64,000 nucleotides of DNA from Rhina ancylostomus. Taxonomy: Eukaryota. Where the stretch lies: assembly GCA_030265395.1 (NCBI GenBank), contig JARFYF010000104.1:35755089-35819088 (forward strand), written 5' to 3'. The notes under the pieces were generated by a model. The model made no database searches and was not told the origin of the DNA. It saw only the letters and a program-made list of their open reading frames with translations. Each line of letters opens with the position of its first letter. Position 1 is the stretch's first letter. Below, in pieces: positions 50,301 to 62,352 of the stretch. The translations under genes were made by a program, and so were the position numbers.

Positions 50301-52299
50301 ACTCACAATCCTTTTCATTATTATCTAAAACTGGCTCAGATTGTGAAAATTGGGAAAAATATTATTAAATTGTGGCATTTTTAAAAAAACAGAAGGAAGA
50401 TTGAAATTATATAGGTAAATTTTTAATAATTTTATATCAATAATTGGTCCATGAATGATTACCAAATGACAAATACTGATATGCAACAATGGAAGGTAGC
50501 TTTTCAATACTGTGTAAATGTTCAGAAAATATACTAGTGAATACTAGGTACTTCATCTACAAAAACACGCTGCTAAATTTCTAAGTTCTACTTACTTTTT
50601 ACTACGAACAATGAGCTTTGTGAATTGTATTTGAACAAAGCTTTCATTGTCTTAAAAATGTTGTAAAAGTAACTATTAAAATTCTTAAATTCATTATTTT
50701 CTGCTTATTTCTATAACCGTTCTGCGCAAAGTTATCTGGCACACTTTGTCCCTCAAATATTTCGAACTGCAATTTTGAGCTATGGCATTTTGCGGAAAAC
50801 AAACCTATCTCAGTAAATCTTTTCAGCACGCCAAACTAAACAGAAAGAAGGAAACACAAAAGTGTTAGCAAAACAGCTATGCGACTGTTCTCAATTACGA
50901 AAACCACATCATTTTTCCATCTTCATGCTCAATTCATATACTTAATGCATCTTCTCCTGCCATTTTCGGTCAAAAAAATAATTTTTCAGTTTTACGATCA
51001 GTGACTCACAAATCAAAAGTACACACTTGAGTTAGCAAGCATGTAAAGAAAAGATACATAATTTAGTTATTTTTTTAAAATATGAGCTTTACAACTACCA
51101 TAAAGTTCATGAAAAACATTTAAAACCTACAAATATAGAATGGAAATTGTGCTCAAATTATAAATTTATAGCACAATAATTCTGCCAAATTGCCTATTTT
51201 GCACATTTTCTACCAACACATAAAAATTTGGACATGGCGTAACAAAGAAACATCATTCTTAAACAGTTTTGTATGTTTGTCTTTAGTTTCTTTCTGCTTT
51301 TGTATTAATTTAACATACCTCTTGTAAAATTAATCCTATTGTTCTGACCAAACAATACATTGAAAACAAAAAATTGACTTTATTGAGAGAAAGGCACTTT
51401 TACAATTGTCAATCCAAACATGTTTTGTCAATATGATGTTAATATTTATAGTAACTATCTGAAAAAATGATTAAAATTACAATTCCAGTACATGGTAGGA
51501 TATGTTGCAGATTCCGTTTTCTCTTTGTACTTTATGTATCAAAATATTTGTCTACACAGACCTACACAGACTTAAAAGAGGTAAATATAAAAAGTTCAAT
51601 TACAGCTAAAGAGGGAAGCAACCAAGTGAACAGAATAGTCAAAAAATATTCTGTCTATCATCTGAAGTACAACTTTTTCAATTGCTGGAGGGGTCGGGAT
51701 GGTTTGCATATCTTTATCTACACTATGCTTTCTTTAACAAGGTTCACAGCGTACATTTACCATTCTATAACTGCAGTTTTTCACTAAAAAGTCCTTCTCA
51801 TTTTGGATAAGCATCTTTTTCTCCTCAAATCTAAACATAGCGTGGTCATTTTCATAGAAATAAAAATGCTTTAAGACTAATATTATGTATTTCAACCTCT
51901 GCCTTTAAGAAACTTAATTTATAAAATAGTCATCTGCAAGTAGATTGTTTCAATGTAGTTAAATATAAATAAAAAAATTGCGAAAATATACAACGTCGAA
52001 ATTCAAAATTGATGCATTTTATTTTAATCTATATATTGGTGGAAGCTGCCGGAGGGGAAAATAAAAGTCCGATTGACTTATAAAAGTCCATAAAAGATAT
52101 AGAAATTAATTGTGATAAGTCCTTTGTCCGATTACCTTTATGGGCCGTTAAATATATCATAACACGTTCGGAAACTGTCTAAAACTAATTAGGAGCTTCA
52201 AAAATGCACGCAACAACAAAAAATCCCACGGTCGTGTCAGATTAATCTTTACTCTTGGTCATAAGGATTAGAAGTACCGACAGTAATTCTGTTACAAAA

Positions 52300-53800
52300 T
52301 GTTTCAACGGCGGTGTGAAAACTTCAAAGAGGGGGCAAGAATGAAACAGAGCCAGCGGATGCAGTGTGTTTAGAAACAAAAAAAAACTGCTTTTGTTATG
52401 GACAGGTGACTACAATGTTTTATTTCCCGAATAAGTGAAAACAGTAACGCTGCGTGGTGTTTCACTGCCTCTCTACACTGATGATTTCTTTGCTTCAGAC
52501 TAGCGATTTTGGGAAGTGGCTATTTGGTATCCGTCCACTCGCTGCCAGGTTTGCACCGAAACTCCACTTGACTGACATTTGCTTTTGCTCGTATTAGGCC
52601 GGTCTCTGCACTGAAATATGTTACTGTACTGCTTTAGGGAGAGGCTCGGCGCGATCTGCAAACGCGTNNNNNNNNNNNNNNNNNNNNNNNNNNNNNNNNN
52701 NNNNNNNNNNNNNNNNNNNNNNNNNNNNNNNNNNNNNNNNNNNNNNNNNNNNNNNNNNNNNNNNNNNNNNNNNNNNNNNNNNNNNNNNNNNNNNNNNNNN
52801 NNNNNNNNNNNNNNNNNNNNNNNNNNNNNNNNNNNNNNNNNNNNNNNNNNNNNNNNNNNNNNNNNNNNNNNNNNNNNNNNNNNNNNNNNNNNNNNNNNNN
52901 NNNNNNNNNNNNNNNNNNNNNNNNNNNNNNNNNNNNNNNNNNNNNNNNNNNNNNNNNNNNNNNNNNNNNNNNNNNNNNNNNNNNNNNNNNNNNNNNNNNN
53001 NNNNNNNNNNNNNNNNNNNNNNNNNNNNNNNNNNNNNNNNNNNNNNNNNNNNNNNNNNNNNNNNNNNNNNNNNNNNNNNNNNNNNNNNNNNNNNNNNNNN
53101 NNNNNNNNNNNNNNNNNNNNNNNNNNNNNNNNNNNNNNNNNNNNNNNNNNNNNNNNNNNNNNNNNNNNNNNNNNNNNNNNNNNNNNNNNNNNNCGAGTGA
53201 CACTGGGATAGGGGGGAGGGGAGGGGAGGGGGGGGGGTTTGACCAGGTACAAGTGCTGAACGCCCCCTCGCTTCTCAAGCACGGGGTAAAACAGACCGAC
53301 TTCAACCCTCAGGTCCGCTCTGACGAGCTCACTGATTTCTTTATTTATGACACAAACTCAACCTTCTCTGTCGCCTCCTCCTCTCCCTCCTTTCACGCAC
53401 GCCCCCCCCTCCTCCCATCAGACTGCACATGCACACATTCCTATCCACCAACCCCTGATCTTCTCCGCTATTAAGACAAAAGAGACTGCTTACAACTGGG
53501 GGGTTGGGGGTGGAGGGAAAAAAAACTCCCGATTCTGTCAAAAGCTGACGCGGTATAGTGTCTTTTTAGAAGCGGAAGACTTTGGGTCAGCCCCTGCCGT
53601 ACACAACAAAATGGAAAATTCCCAAATCGTGAAACCTTAAAATCCAACGAGCAACTTCCACCAGAATAGCATCCCCGAAGGTACCATCCACAAAGATCCA
53701 CGTAAAGCCAAAATCAGTCGAAAATGGACCGGAATGTACGTTTTTCAACCCATTGCACGTCGCCCAACATCCAAGCGCAATACCAGTTTGCAAACTTCAA
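52300..53800 (-). promoter_or_regulatory. CpG-rich probable NFIB promoter / first-exon region; exon 1 likely inside the N gap 52668-53193
   Basis: Sharp rise in CpG and GC content around the 526-nt gap, with G/C tracts, about 5.3-6 kb upstream of exon 2. No MMYSPICLTQ-type exon is visible in called bases, so its position is inferred. Confidence 0.6.
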
Positions 53801-54949
53801 GCACCCCTCAAAACTTGGACACCATCTAACAAGGAGTTCTCTTTTTTAAAAGTTTTATTTTAACGCTTATTTTTTTAATTTGCATTGAATGGCCTTATGA
53901 GATGCAACGCTATGATATCCCCACAGGTTAAGGATAATTATAGTTTACTAAGTAGAATGAATCCCAAAAAAAACTGCTAGTCTTGTGGTTTTCGTGCCGT
54001 CTTTAACTAATGTTTTCAGTATGTTCGCACGGATTCATGTTTTGCACCTATTATCTACCAATAACCTTGTATTTTGCCCCACCTACGTTGAATTCTGTAT
54101 TTACACAAGTAACTAATTATGGGCATAGAGTTAACGAAGCGTTGAAATCAGAATCATTCCAATGATTTATCAGAAAGAGTTGCGTTGTAGGAGTTTGCAT
54201 GGCACAGCTTGTGCCTTTATGGAATGCGCTTTATATCTTTTTTACGGTCATCTCCCACCTCCAAAGTGTCTGACTGGCGATATAATATTTTCTTCAACCC
54301 TGTCGAACTAGTCACTTTCCCTCATATTACAATGCCTTCGATAGTCGGGCTAGAAGGCCGTCGTCTTCCCTTTCGCTCGGGACAGTGAAGCAACAGTCCT
54401 GAAGCGCAAACTCAAAACTTGAATTAAATTTGGACCTGCGTTTAATGTTATTTCCAAACAAGAGTTCATTTCATCAGTTGTGAGTGGGACCCTTTAACAC
54501 ACGAAAGTATCATTCTTTTAAAGTAGTCCAATTCTAACTTGGAAAGGCGCAAGTAATTTTTTGTTTGCATTTGGCGCCCTTTTGAATTATTGCAACATGT
54601 TACATTACTAACTACTTTGCGTACAAGAGTACACAATTTTTAAAAAGTATTTTTTTAAGAAGCTGCATTTGGTCCTTATATTATCCTGCACATAAACCAG
54701 ATTCCAACCTTCTTTCATGTCAGTTAAGTAGTTAGTGCTCATTCTGTGGAATTTTCATTGAAAATCTGGCCCGCTGCACTTTTCCCTAAAACGGGTTTAA
54801 TTATTAACAAAGAAAATGCGTCTGCTTATTTATTCTTTTCCCAGAAAAAAATGCACCTGTTCAAATTATCTATGTGGCGAGCATTCCCAGGGTAAGACGA
54901 CAATGGTTTAAAATTGTGCCAACGACAGTATTAATAATATTGCGAGCAA

Positions 54950-57450
54950 TAGTTCACTGAATCCTCCGCAGGTTTTGTTTTTGTGCGCTCTCCGGCTCCG
55001 CATTTGTATTTCTGCAGTGGGAAGGAGGAAGGAAACATGCAGCAAAAACTCCGCCAGTTTTGTATACCTTCTCAAATGTTCCTTCCTCTGGTTAAAGGGG
55101 AGAAAGGATGTTGTGTAAGTCTGCGAACAGTGATCGAGGAGAAAACGAAGTTAAACTTTAAATATATCATCCCATCATTGCAAAATACAAGGCTGACATA
55201 ATGCAGTTCGGACCCGCGCTTTTGCTCCCTCCTCGCTAACATTTCTGCTTCACCCCCACTTAAGGGGGAAAAAAGTTGCTGGGTGTGTGCGAAGTTGCAG
55301 AGTGTATTCGTTTCAGAAGATGTAAGAGAGCGGACTTCGCCCTCCCCCCTCGTCCCCCCCTCCCCCCCCCCCCCCCCCCCGGTCTCCCTGCCGCCTTTCC
55401 TCTGCCGGTCGGTGCAGTGCAGAGTGAGAAGTTGCCGAGTTCCTGGTCTGGTGTCTCAAGTTCAATGGCAGCCGGGGGAGAAGTTGCCCTGACTCGAAGC
55501 TGTGTGCATTCGGATCACGCCACATCAGCATGCCGTGTCAAACACCGAACTCCTTCCCTCCCCCGTCGCCAATCAAACTCTACTAATAATGGCAGTCCGC
55601 CGGTACGCGCAAGGGTCATGGTGGAGAGGTTTATAAATGTATTATAAAAATACAGAGAGCCAAAAGAAAAACCCAGGAGGAGAAAGGTAGCAAACAGGAC
55701 GTGCAGACATTACAGTTAAAAATAACAAGAGACCAAAATCTAAGAGGGGTAAGTCAGTGAATGGAAGGATCAGACTGCAGTGTCTGATTTCAATTTTTTG
55801 TCTGATTTCAGCCAACATAACGCGNNNNNNNNNNNNNNNNNNNNNNNNNNNNNNNNNNNNNNNNNNNNNNNNNNNNNGAGAGCGAGAAAAAAAAACTAAA
55901 AGTAGGGAAATCTGCCAAGCTCAGCGCTTTTTGGATACAACCACTACTGATTCATTACTGGCATTACAAAAAAACAAATCTGATAGCGGCGTGACCTACA
56001 TCGAGAAAGCTGGTGATTGCGGACAAAAACAACCCAATAGTATCGCCAAAAAATAATAAAATAATTGCAAAGTGAAATCAGCATTTAAGAAATCTGCAGT
56101 TCGGCGACCAGTACACAACCTGAGCAAATAATAACAAGGAAATAAAACAGATGAACATATTTGTTGTAACGTACCATTGCACAATGTTGCAATAAAGTAT
56201 ATTGAATTTGCAGTTTGCCTACAACGGTTTAAAGCGTCACATTTCTCAAGTTCAAATTGAGCTTCTGTAAAACTGCCAAAAGGTTTTTTTTTCCCCCTTG
56301 TTTCTCTTGAAGTGGCCTTTGCAAACCGGAAGCGATACCTCGGCTTTAAAAAAAGCGGCAAAGTCAAAGTCGGCCAGTTTGTCCTTGCCAAATCTATGCN
56401 NNNNNNNNNNNNNNNNNNNNNNNNNNNNNNNNNNNNNNNNNNNNNNNNNNNNNNNNNNNNNNNNNNNNNNNNNNNNNNNNNNNNNNNNNNNNNNNNNNNN
56501 NNNNNNNNNNNNNNNNNNNNNNNNNNNNNNNNNNNNNNNNNNNNNNNNNNNNNNNNNNNNNNNNNNNNNNNNNNNNNNNNNNNNNNNNNNNNNNNNNNNN
56601 NNNNNNNNNNNNNNNNNNNNNNNNNNNNNNNNNNNNNNNNNNNNNNNNNNNNNNNNNNNNNNNNNNNNNNNNNNNNNNNNNNNNNNNNNNNNNNNNNNNN
56701 NNNNNNNNNNNNNNNNNNNNNNNNNNNNNNNNNNNNNNNNNNNNNNNNNNNNNNNNNNNNNNNNNNNNNNNNNNNNNNNNNNNNNNNNNNNNNNNNNNNN
56801 NNNNNNNNNNNNNNNNNNNNNNNNNNNNNNNNNNNNNNNNNNNNNNNNNNNNNNNNNNNNNNNNNNNNNNNNNNNNNNNNNNNNNNNNNNNNNNNNNNNN
56901 NNNNNNNNNNNNNNNNNNNNNNNNNNNNTGGCGAGCTTAGTGAGGAGTGCACAACACTCGGGCAGTTTACAGCGGCGCTTCTCTCTCGCACACACATTCC
57001 CACAGCAGCAACTTCTCCACCCACCCCGTGTTACTGTAGCCGTAGACCAATGAGCAGCAGTCACCCTGGTGTGCAAATCCTGCAGCTGGTCACTACCTCT
57101 GCCGATTCGCTCGAATGCAGCTTCAGAGCTATTTAAAGTTAGTCTGTAAAAGCAGCATAGTGTGTGTGTGAGTGAGCAGATATGGGGGCGAGAAATCTGT
57201 TCTGTAGTACGCAGGATTCCTACTAAGTCATTCTTAAACCACTCCTGAAGACTGTCATGCTTGGTTTCTGTGGTTAGAAGAGGTTGCAATCCAATTTGTT
57301 CCCACCCACGCAATCTCGGTATCTGGCGCAATGAGGCAAAAAGAAAGCTGTGAGTTCAACTTGGAAAAATCCTATTTCAAGACCTTGATCGGACCGCAGC
57401 CCTTACAACTAAAGTTGCACCTATTGCTTCTTCGGTAAGATCACTAATAA
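54950..57450. promoter_or_regulatory. Second CpG-rich promoter-like region with CCAAT and TATA elements
   Basis: CpG retention; C-tract 55340-55380; GCCAATCA 55568-55575; TATAAA 55632 and TATAAAAA 55643; AGACCAATGAG 57044-57054; TATTTAAA 57130-57137. Gaps at 55825-55877 and 56400-56928. Confidence 0.55.
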
Positions 57451-57999
57451 TAGAGCCAAGAAAGATAATGTAGAGATGTGATGCATTTTGTGTGAACGAC
57501 AAAGGACTCTGGAACAAGTCAATAAAGTAATCTTAAAAACAATCACCCTAAACGTATAATCCCAAAGGCAGCTAAAGGTCACCTACATGTTCTACATACA
57601 CCTGCACACCAATTCCAAAGGATAATTTGCTCGGGTTATAACCGTACAGTTTTGGATTTTAGATGTTTCGAGGGCACCTATATATAAAACAAATGCTTTA
57701 GAACACAGAAAGCATTGCACTATGCCCAGTTGCATGAGCCCTAGATATTACAAACAATCTTGTCTTAGAAAGATCCAAAGCCCCACAATTTATTTTTTTT
57801 TAAATTGTAAACCCGTTTTCTATCACAGTCATTTCTATATGGTTGGACTGTACAAGATGGTAGTAATGCCATGTTTTTGGAATGTTAGCCAGTTCCCAAG
57901 TGACTTTAGAACTATCATATTCAATGGATGTTGTTCAATAGTTTGTAGAAACTTCTTAATAGGAAATGGAAATGGACCCTTTAGCACTTAAAAGTTGCT

Positions 58000-58320
58000 C
58001 TAGCATTCAACATCATCATGGACCTTCTGCTTCAACTCCATTCTTTTGTTCAGTCCTCCTATCACTCAACTCCTCCAACATTTAGAAATCCATCTATCTT
58101 GGCTTTGCATGCAATCAATGACAGAGTCTCCACAATCCTTAAAATTCAAAGACTCACCCCTTTGTGAGTAAAAAAAATTCTCGTAATTTCAATCTTATTT
58201 TGAGACTGACTCCTAGTTCTAGGCTGCTTAGCTAGGGAAAATTCCTCCCTGCATGCACTCAGTTGAACCCTTTAAGAATTCTGTATGGTTCAATGAAGTC
58301 AACACTTCTAAATTCGATCA
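58000..58320 (-). mobile_element. Old CR1 3' fragment
   Basis: Homologous to 12250-12630 (AATTCAAAGACTCACC...TGAGTAAAAAAAATTCTC...GAACCCTTTAAGAATTCTGTATG). Confidence 0.6.
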
Positions 58321-58367
58321 AGCCCTCCCCTGCTTATTCTCATCATATTGCAATCTCTCAACATATC

Positions 58368-58477
58368 GCATACTGCCGTACTAGCCTGAAAACGCCTGAT
58401 CTCAGAAACTAAGCAGACTCAGGCTTGGTTAATACTTGGATGGGAGAACACCTGGGAATACCAGGTGCAGTAGGCTT
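58368..58477 (+). pseudogene. 5S rRNA pseudogene with a 10-nt internal deletion
   Basis: GCATACTGCCGTACTAGCCTGAAAACGCCTGATCTC-AGAAACTAAGCAGACTCAGGCTTGGTTAATACTTGGATGGGAGAACACCTGGGAATACCAGGTGCAGTAGGCTT followed by a T run aligns to vertebrate 5S rRNA. It is 110 nt instead of about 120, and solitary. Confidence 0.93.
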
Positions 58478-58504
58478 TTTTCCTCATTAAAATCTACTGA
58501 GTAC

Positions 58505-58835
58505 TTAAAAGCCTGGATAGAGTGGATGGGATGTTTCCATTAGTAGGATCTGAGGGCACAGATGGAACTGAGATGGATTCACCACCCTCTTCAGCTCTTC
58601 TAGCTCTTCAGCTAGAGAGTGGTGAATCTGTGGAATTCCATGTCACAGAGGGTTTTGGAAGCCAAGTCATTGAGTGCATTTAAGGCAGATTGACAGGTTC
58701 TTGATTGGTAAGGGGATTAAGGGTTATGGAGAGAAGGAGAACAGGCTTGAGAAAACAATCAGCCATGATTGAATGGCACAGCAGCCTCGATGAGAAGAAT
58801 GGCCTAATTCTGCTCCTATATCTTATGGTCTTATG
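58505..58835 (+). mobile_element. CR1 3' end
   Basis: GTGGTGAATCTGTGGAATTC...AGCCATGATTGAATGGC...GAATGGCCTAATTCTGCTCCTATATCTTATGGTCTTATG. Confidence 0.8.
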
Positions 58836-58929
58836 CAGACCCACCCCTCTAACACCCCACCCCTCCCTCCCATCCCAAAGAACAGTCAACTAAGCATCTG
58901 CTGCACTCTATAACAAAATTATTCCTTTA

Positions 58930-59630
58930 ATGCCATAGAGCTTTTCAGCACAGATTTAGGCCCCTCGGCCCACCACATCCATGCCAACCTGTTTGCTTAT
59001 CAACACTAATACTATTTACCCTTGTTATGTCCATATCCTTCTATGCCCTGCCTTATTCAAATGCCTGTCTAAATATCTCTTAAATATAGTGGTTGTATGA
59101 GATTCCAACACCTCCCCTGGCAGCACAACCCAGATACAACCACGCTCTGTGTGAGAAACATTCCCCTTAAATCCTGTTAAAACTTCTACCTCTCACCTTA
59201 AACATATGCCCTCTTTCTTTTGATATTCAACTATCTACTCTATCAATATTTCTTATAATTTTATAAATATCTATCAGGTCACTTCTCAGCATCCTTCTCT
59301 CCAGAGAAAACAAGTCCAGCCTATCTAATCTCTCCCCATAACTAAAGTCCTCCAATCCAGGCAATATCCCAGTGAATCTCCTCGGAACTTTCTCCGGAGC
59401 AACATCATCCTTCCTATAGTGTGGTGACCAGAACTGCACACATTACTCAAAGTATGTTCTAACTAGTGTCTTGTGAATTTGCAGCATATCACCATTCTAC
59501 ACACCAACCTATGTCGGCATGCCTTCTTCACCACCCTATCTACCTGTGTTGCCACTTTCACAGAACTATGGACTTGAACCGCCAAAGTCCCTCTGTTTAT
59601 CAACATTCCCTAGCGCCCTAACATTTGAGA
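58930..59630 (-). mobile_element. CR1 LINE 3' portion
   Basis: QFWSPHYRKDDVAPEKVPRRFTGILPGLEDFSYGERLDRLDLFSLERRMLRSDLIDIYKI. Confidence 0.9.
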
Positions 59631-59735
59631 CCAAANNNNNNNNNNNNNNNNNNNNNNNNNNNNNNNNNNNNNNNNNNNNNNNNNNNNNNNNNNNNNNNNN
59701 NNNNNNNNNNNNNNNNNNNNNNNNNNNNNNNNNNN

Positions 59736-60175
59736 TAGAAGGCCTGAGTTATAGGGAAAGGTTGGCCAAGCTAGGTCTTTATTCCTTGCAATGTAAGAGA
59801 ATGAGGGGCAACCTTATAAAAGTGTTTAAAATTATGTGAGGCATAGAAAAGGTGGATGGTAACAGTCTTTTCCCCAGGGCAGGGGACTCCAAAGCTAGAG
59901 GGCATAGATTTAGGGTGAGAGGGGTAAGATTTAAAATGGACCTGAGGGGCAACTTTTTCACACATTAGGTGGTGAGTATATGGAATGAGCTGCCAGAGGA
60001 AGTGGTTGAGGCAGGTACAATAGTGTTATTATCAAGAACTTGGACAGGTACATGGAGGGGCAGGGCTTAGAGGGATATGGAATGCAGGGAATTGGACTAG
60101 TTGGATAGGCACTATGGTAGGCATGGATCGGTTGGGCTGAAGGGCCTGTATCCATTGCTGTATGACTCTGTGACT
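59736..60175 (+). mobile_element. CR1 LINE 3' end
   Basis: EGLSYRERLAKLGLYSLQCKRMRGNLIKVFKIM; tail GGGCTGAAGGGCCTGTATCCATTGCTGTATGACTCTGTGACT. Confidence 0.9.
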
Positions 60176-60415
60176 TTATTACTTAAAAAAAAAAGATGAT
60201 GTAAACATTTTAATGGACAGGCAACACTTGCAGAAGAATCAAAGGAACAGAACAAGATGGAAATCAGGTAAACTAAGCTTATCCTTAGATTGTAAGGCCA
60301 TTAGAATCCTTTCACTTTGATGCCCCTGCTGTCAGGTGAGTAGTTTGTGGAGTATTTGCAAAGCAAAAGGATTACCATGCATATAGATTGTTACATATGC
60401 TGGTATTTAGTTTAC

Positions 60416-60772
60416 TTTTTTATTTTGAAAATAAACTTTATTCATAATAAAAAATATATACTAAAAAGGAAACAGTGCAAAACTTTTACATTCATAGTTC
60501 CCTCCCTCCCACAAGGGTGATACACCATTTCAGAGTTTGAGGGGCTTTCTTACCTGACTCAGCCCCTCCATGTGCAGTAGCTGAAGGACCATAGATTGTG
60601 GTCCTTCCCCACAGAGCCTTTGCATTGGCTGCACCGAGTTTCAGTGCATCCCTCAGTATGTACTCTTGCAGCCTGGAATGTGTCAGTTGGCAGCATTCCC
60701 TTAAAGACATCTTGCTGTGCTGGAAGAACATTAATTGACACCAAAAATGCGCTAGATGTACAAGACTTGTGG
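60416..60772 (-). mobile_element. L1/Tx1-clade LINE 3' end
   Basis: FQHSKMSLRECCQLTHSRLQEYILRDALKLGAANAKALWGRTT (Tx1-like ORF2 C-terminus); ATGAATAAAGTTTATTTT plus an A-rich tail. Confidence 0.75.
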
Positions 60773-61269
60773 GTGAAGAATTGCCATTTAACTGGTAGTT
60801 CCCAAGAGTCACCTCTTTTGCACTCTTTTCTTCACTATGATACAAACAGGATATCAAACTATCCAACTGAAATAGGAGGGCACTTTTTCAAAATTCAAAC
60901 CCAAAGCCAAAACAGAACAAAAAAAGGAAGCTCATAATTATGTGTTAGGATACTTTGTTTTACTTTGTTTGAGTATATTCCCAATAAGTGTGTGTTGCAT
61001 GGCAACCTGCCACTAACCATTCAGGAGTTCACCAATGAGCTGCCAAGTATTTGTAAAGAACCAACAATTGCACTTGTCCCCTTATGGTCAACAACTTCAT
61101 ATTATTGACCACAAACACTTTCAAAATCTCAGGAAGTATCTGGCTTTAAATGACTGATTCCACCTAACTACCACAGTAGATATTAAAACAAAATCTGGCT
61201 TTAAATGTAACAGTGGAACAACTCCAAAGATAAACTTTGACTTTGCTTATGAATCAGAATATGGAAACA

Positions 61270-61530
61270 AGAAACAGAAGCCTGGAGAAATAGGAGCAGC
61301 TGTAGGCCATTCAGCCCTTCAATCCTGCTGTACAATTCAATGGGATCATGGCTGATTTCTAACTAAATACGATGTTCCGGCTCCCTCCCCATATCACTTG
61401 ATGCCTTGTGATTAGGAATCTATTTATTTCCTGAAGTATATTCAGTGACTTGCCCTTCACAATCTCTGTAGTAGAGAAATGAACAGGTTCACACCCTCTG
61501 AGTGAAGAAATTTCTTCTTATCTCAGTCTA
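61270..61530 (-). mobile_element. CR1 3' end
   Basis: GAAATAGGAGCAG.TGTAGGCCATTCAGCCCTTC...GATCATGGCTGAT...CCCTCTGAGTGAAGAAATTT. Confidence 0.75.
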
Positions 61531-62019
61531 AAGGTTTCAACATTTCCACATTCTCATAAATTTGTAAATGAAAACATAGGCTCTGTCTTATGCTCCTCAC
61601 AAAAATGTTTTTGTTCTGATAATTGAAACAATACAAAATAAAATCGACCCAAATACTTTATGAAATTAAGTGTTGATTAAAAAGTAGCATGTTCCTACAA
61701 ATCTAAAGCAATCAATGATATACTTTGTTTAAAACTGAAGCCACATAATTGCAAAGTTAAAACTAAGGTCACTAATTACAAATTAGGCCAGATTTATTCT
61801 AACTACAGGAACAATGTAGTAAAATTTCCCAGTACACACACACCACAGACAGGATCTTATCCAGGATTGATCATGACAATACCAATGAAGATAATACAAA
61901 CCCATGAATTTGGCTCCATTTGTATTTATTTGCACAGTGTATGATTGTATTCTGTGATAATTATACCCCTTCAGACCATCCTAGAAATTTGACCCCCTGA
62001 CAGTTTATTTGGGAGATAA

Positions 62020-62352
62020 ATGAGTCATAGAGTTATACAGCATGAAAACAGGCCCCTCGGCGCAACTCATTCTCGCCGACCAAGTTGCCTACTCAAGCGA
62101 GCGCATTTGCCAGCATTTGGCTCATATTCCTCCAGATCTTTCCTATGCATGTACCTGTGTAAATATCTTTTAAACATTGTACTTTACCTGCCCTTACCAC
62201 TTCCTCTGGCAGCTCATTCCGTATACCCACCACACTCTGTGTGAAAATGTTGCCCCTCAGGTCCCCTTTAAATCTTGACCCTCTCAACTTAAATCTATGC
62301 CCTCTAGTTTCAGACTCCCCTACCCTGGGAAAAAGACTGTGATCATTCACCC
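62020..62352 (-). mobile_element. CR1 (HER1-like) 3' end
   Basis: VNDHSLFPRVGESETRGHRFKLRGSRFKGDLRGNIFTQSVVGIRNELPEEVV. Confidence 0.9.

Noticed and set aside
55276-55647. 123-aa ORF with a polyproline run
   Set aside because: Translation of a C homopolymer in a GC-rich promoter; non-ATG start and no homology evident.
57160-57195. Weak resemblance to the NFIB exon 1 peptide (PHICSLT vs PICLTQ) on the minus strand
   Set aside because: No ATG-ATG-TAT start and no GT donor; likely chance.
52500-57331. Long ORFs of 197-359 aa in the promoter region
   Set aside because: Their length comes from N runs; the called parts show no recognisable protein.
58368-58477. Functional 5S rRNA gene
   Set aside because: 10-nt deletion, many substitutions, and not in a tandem array.
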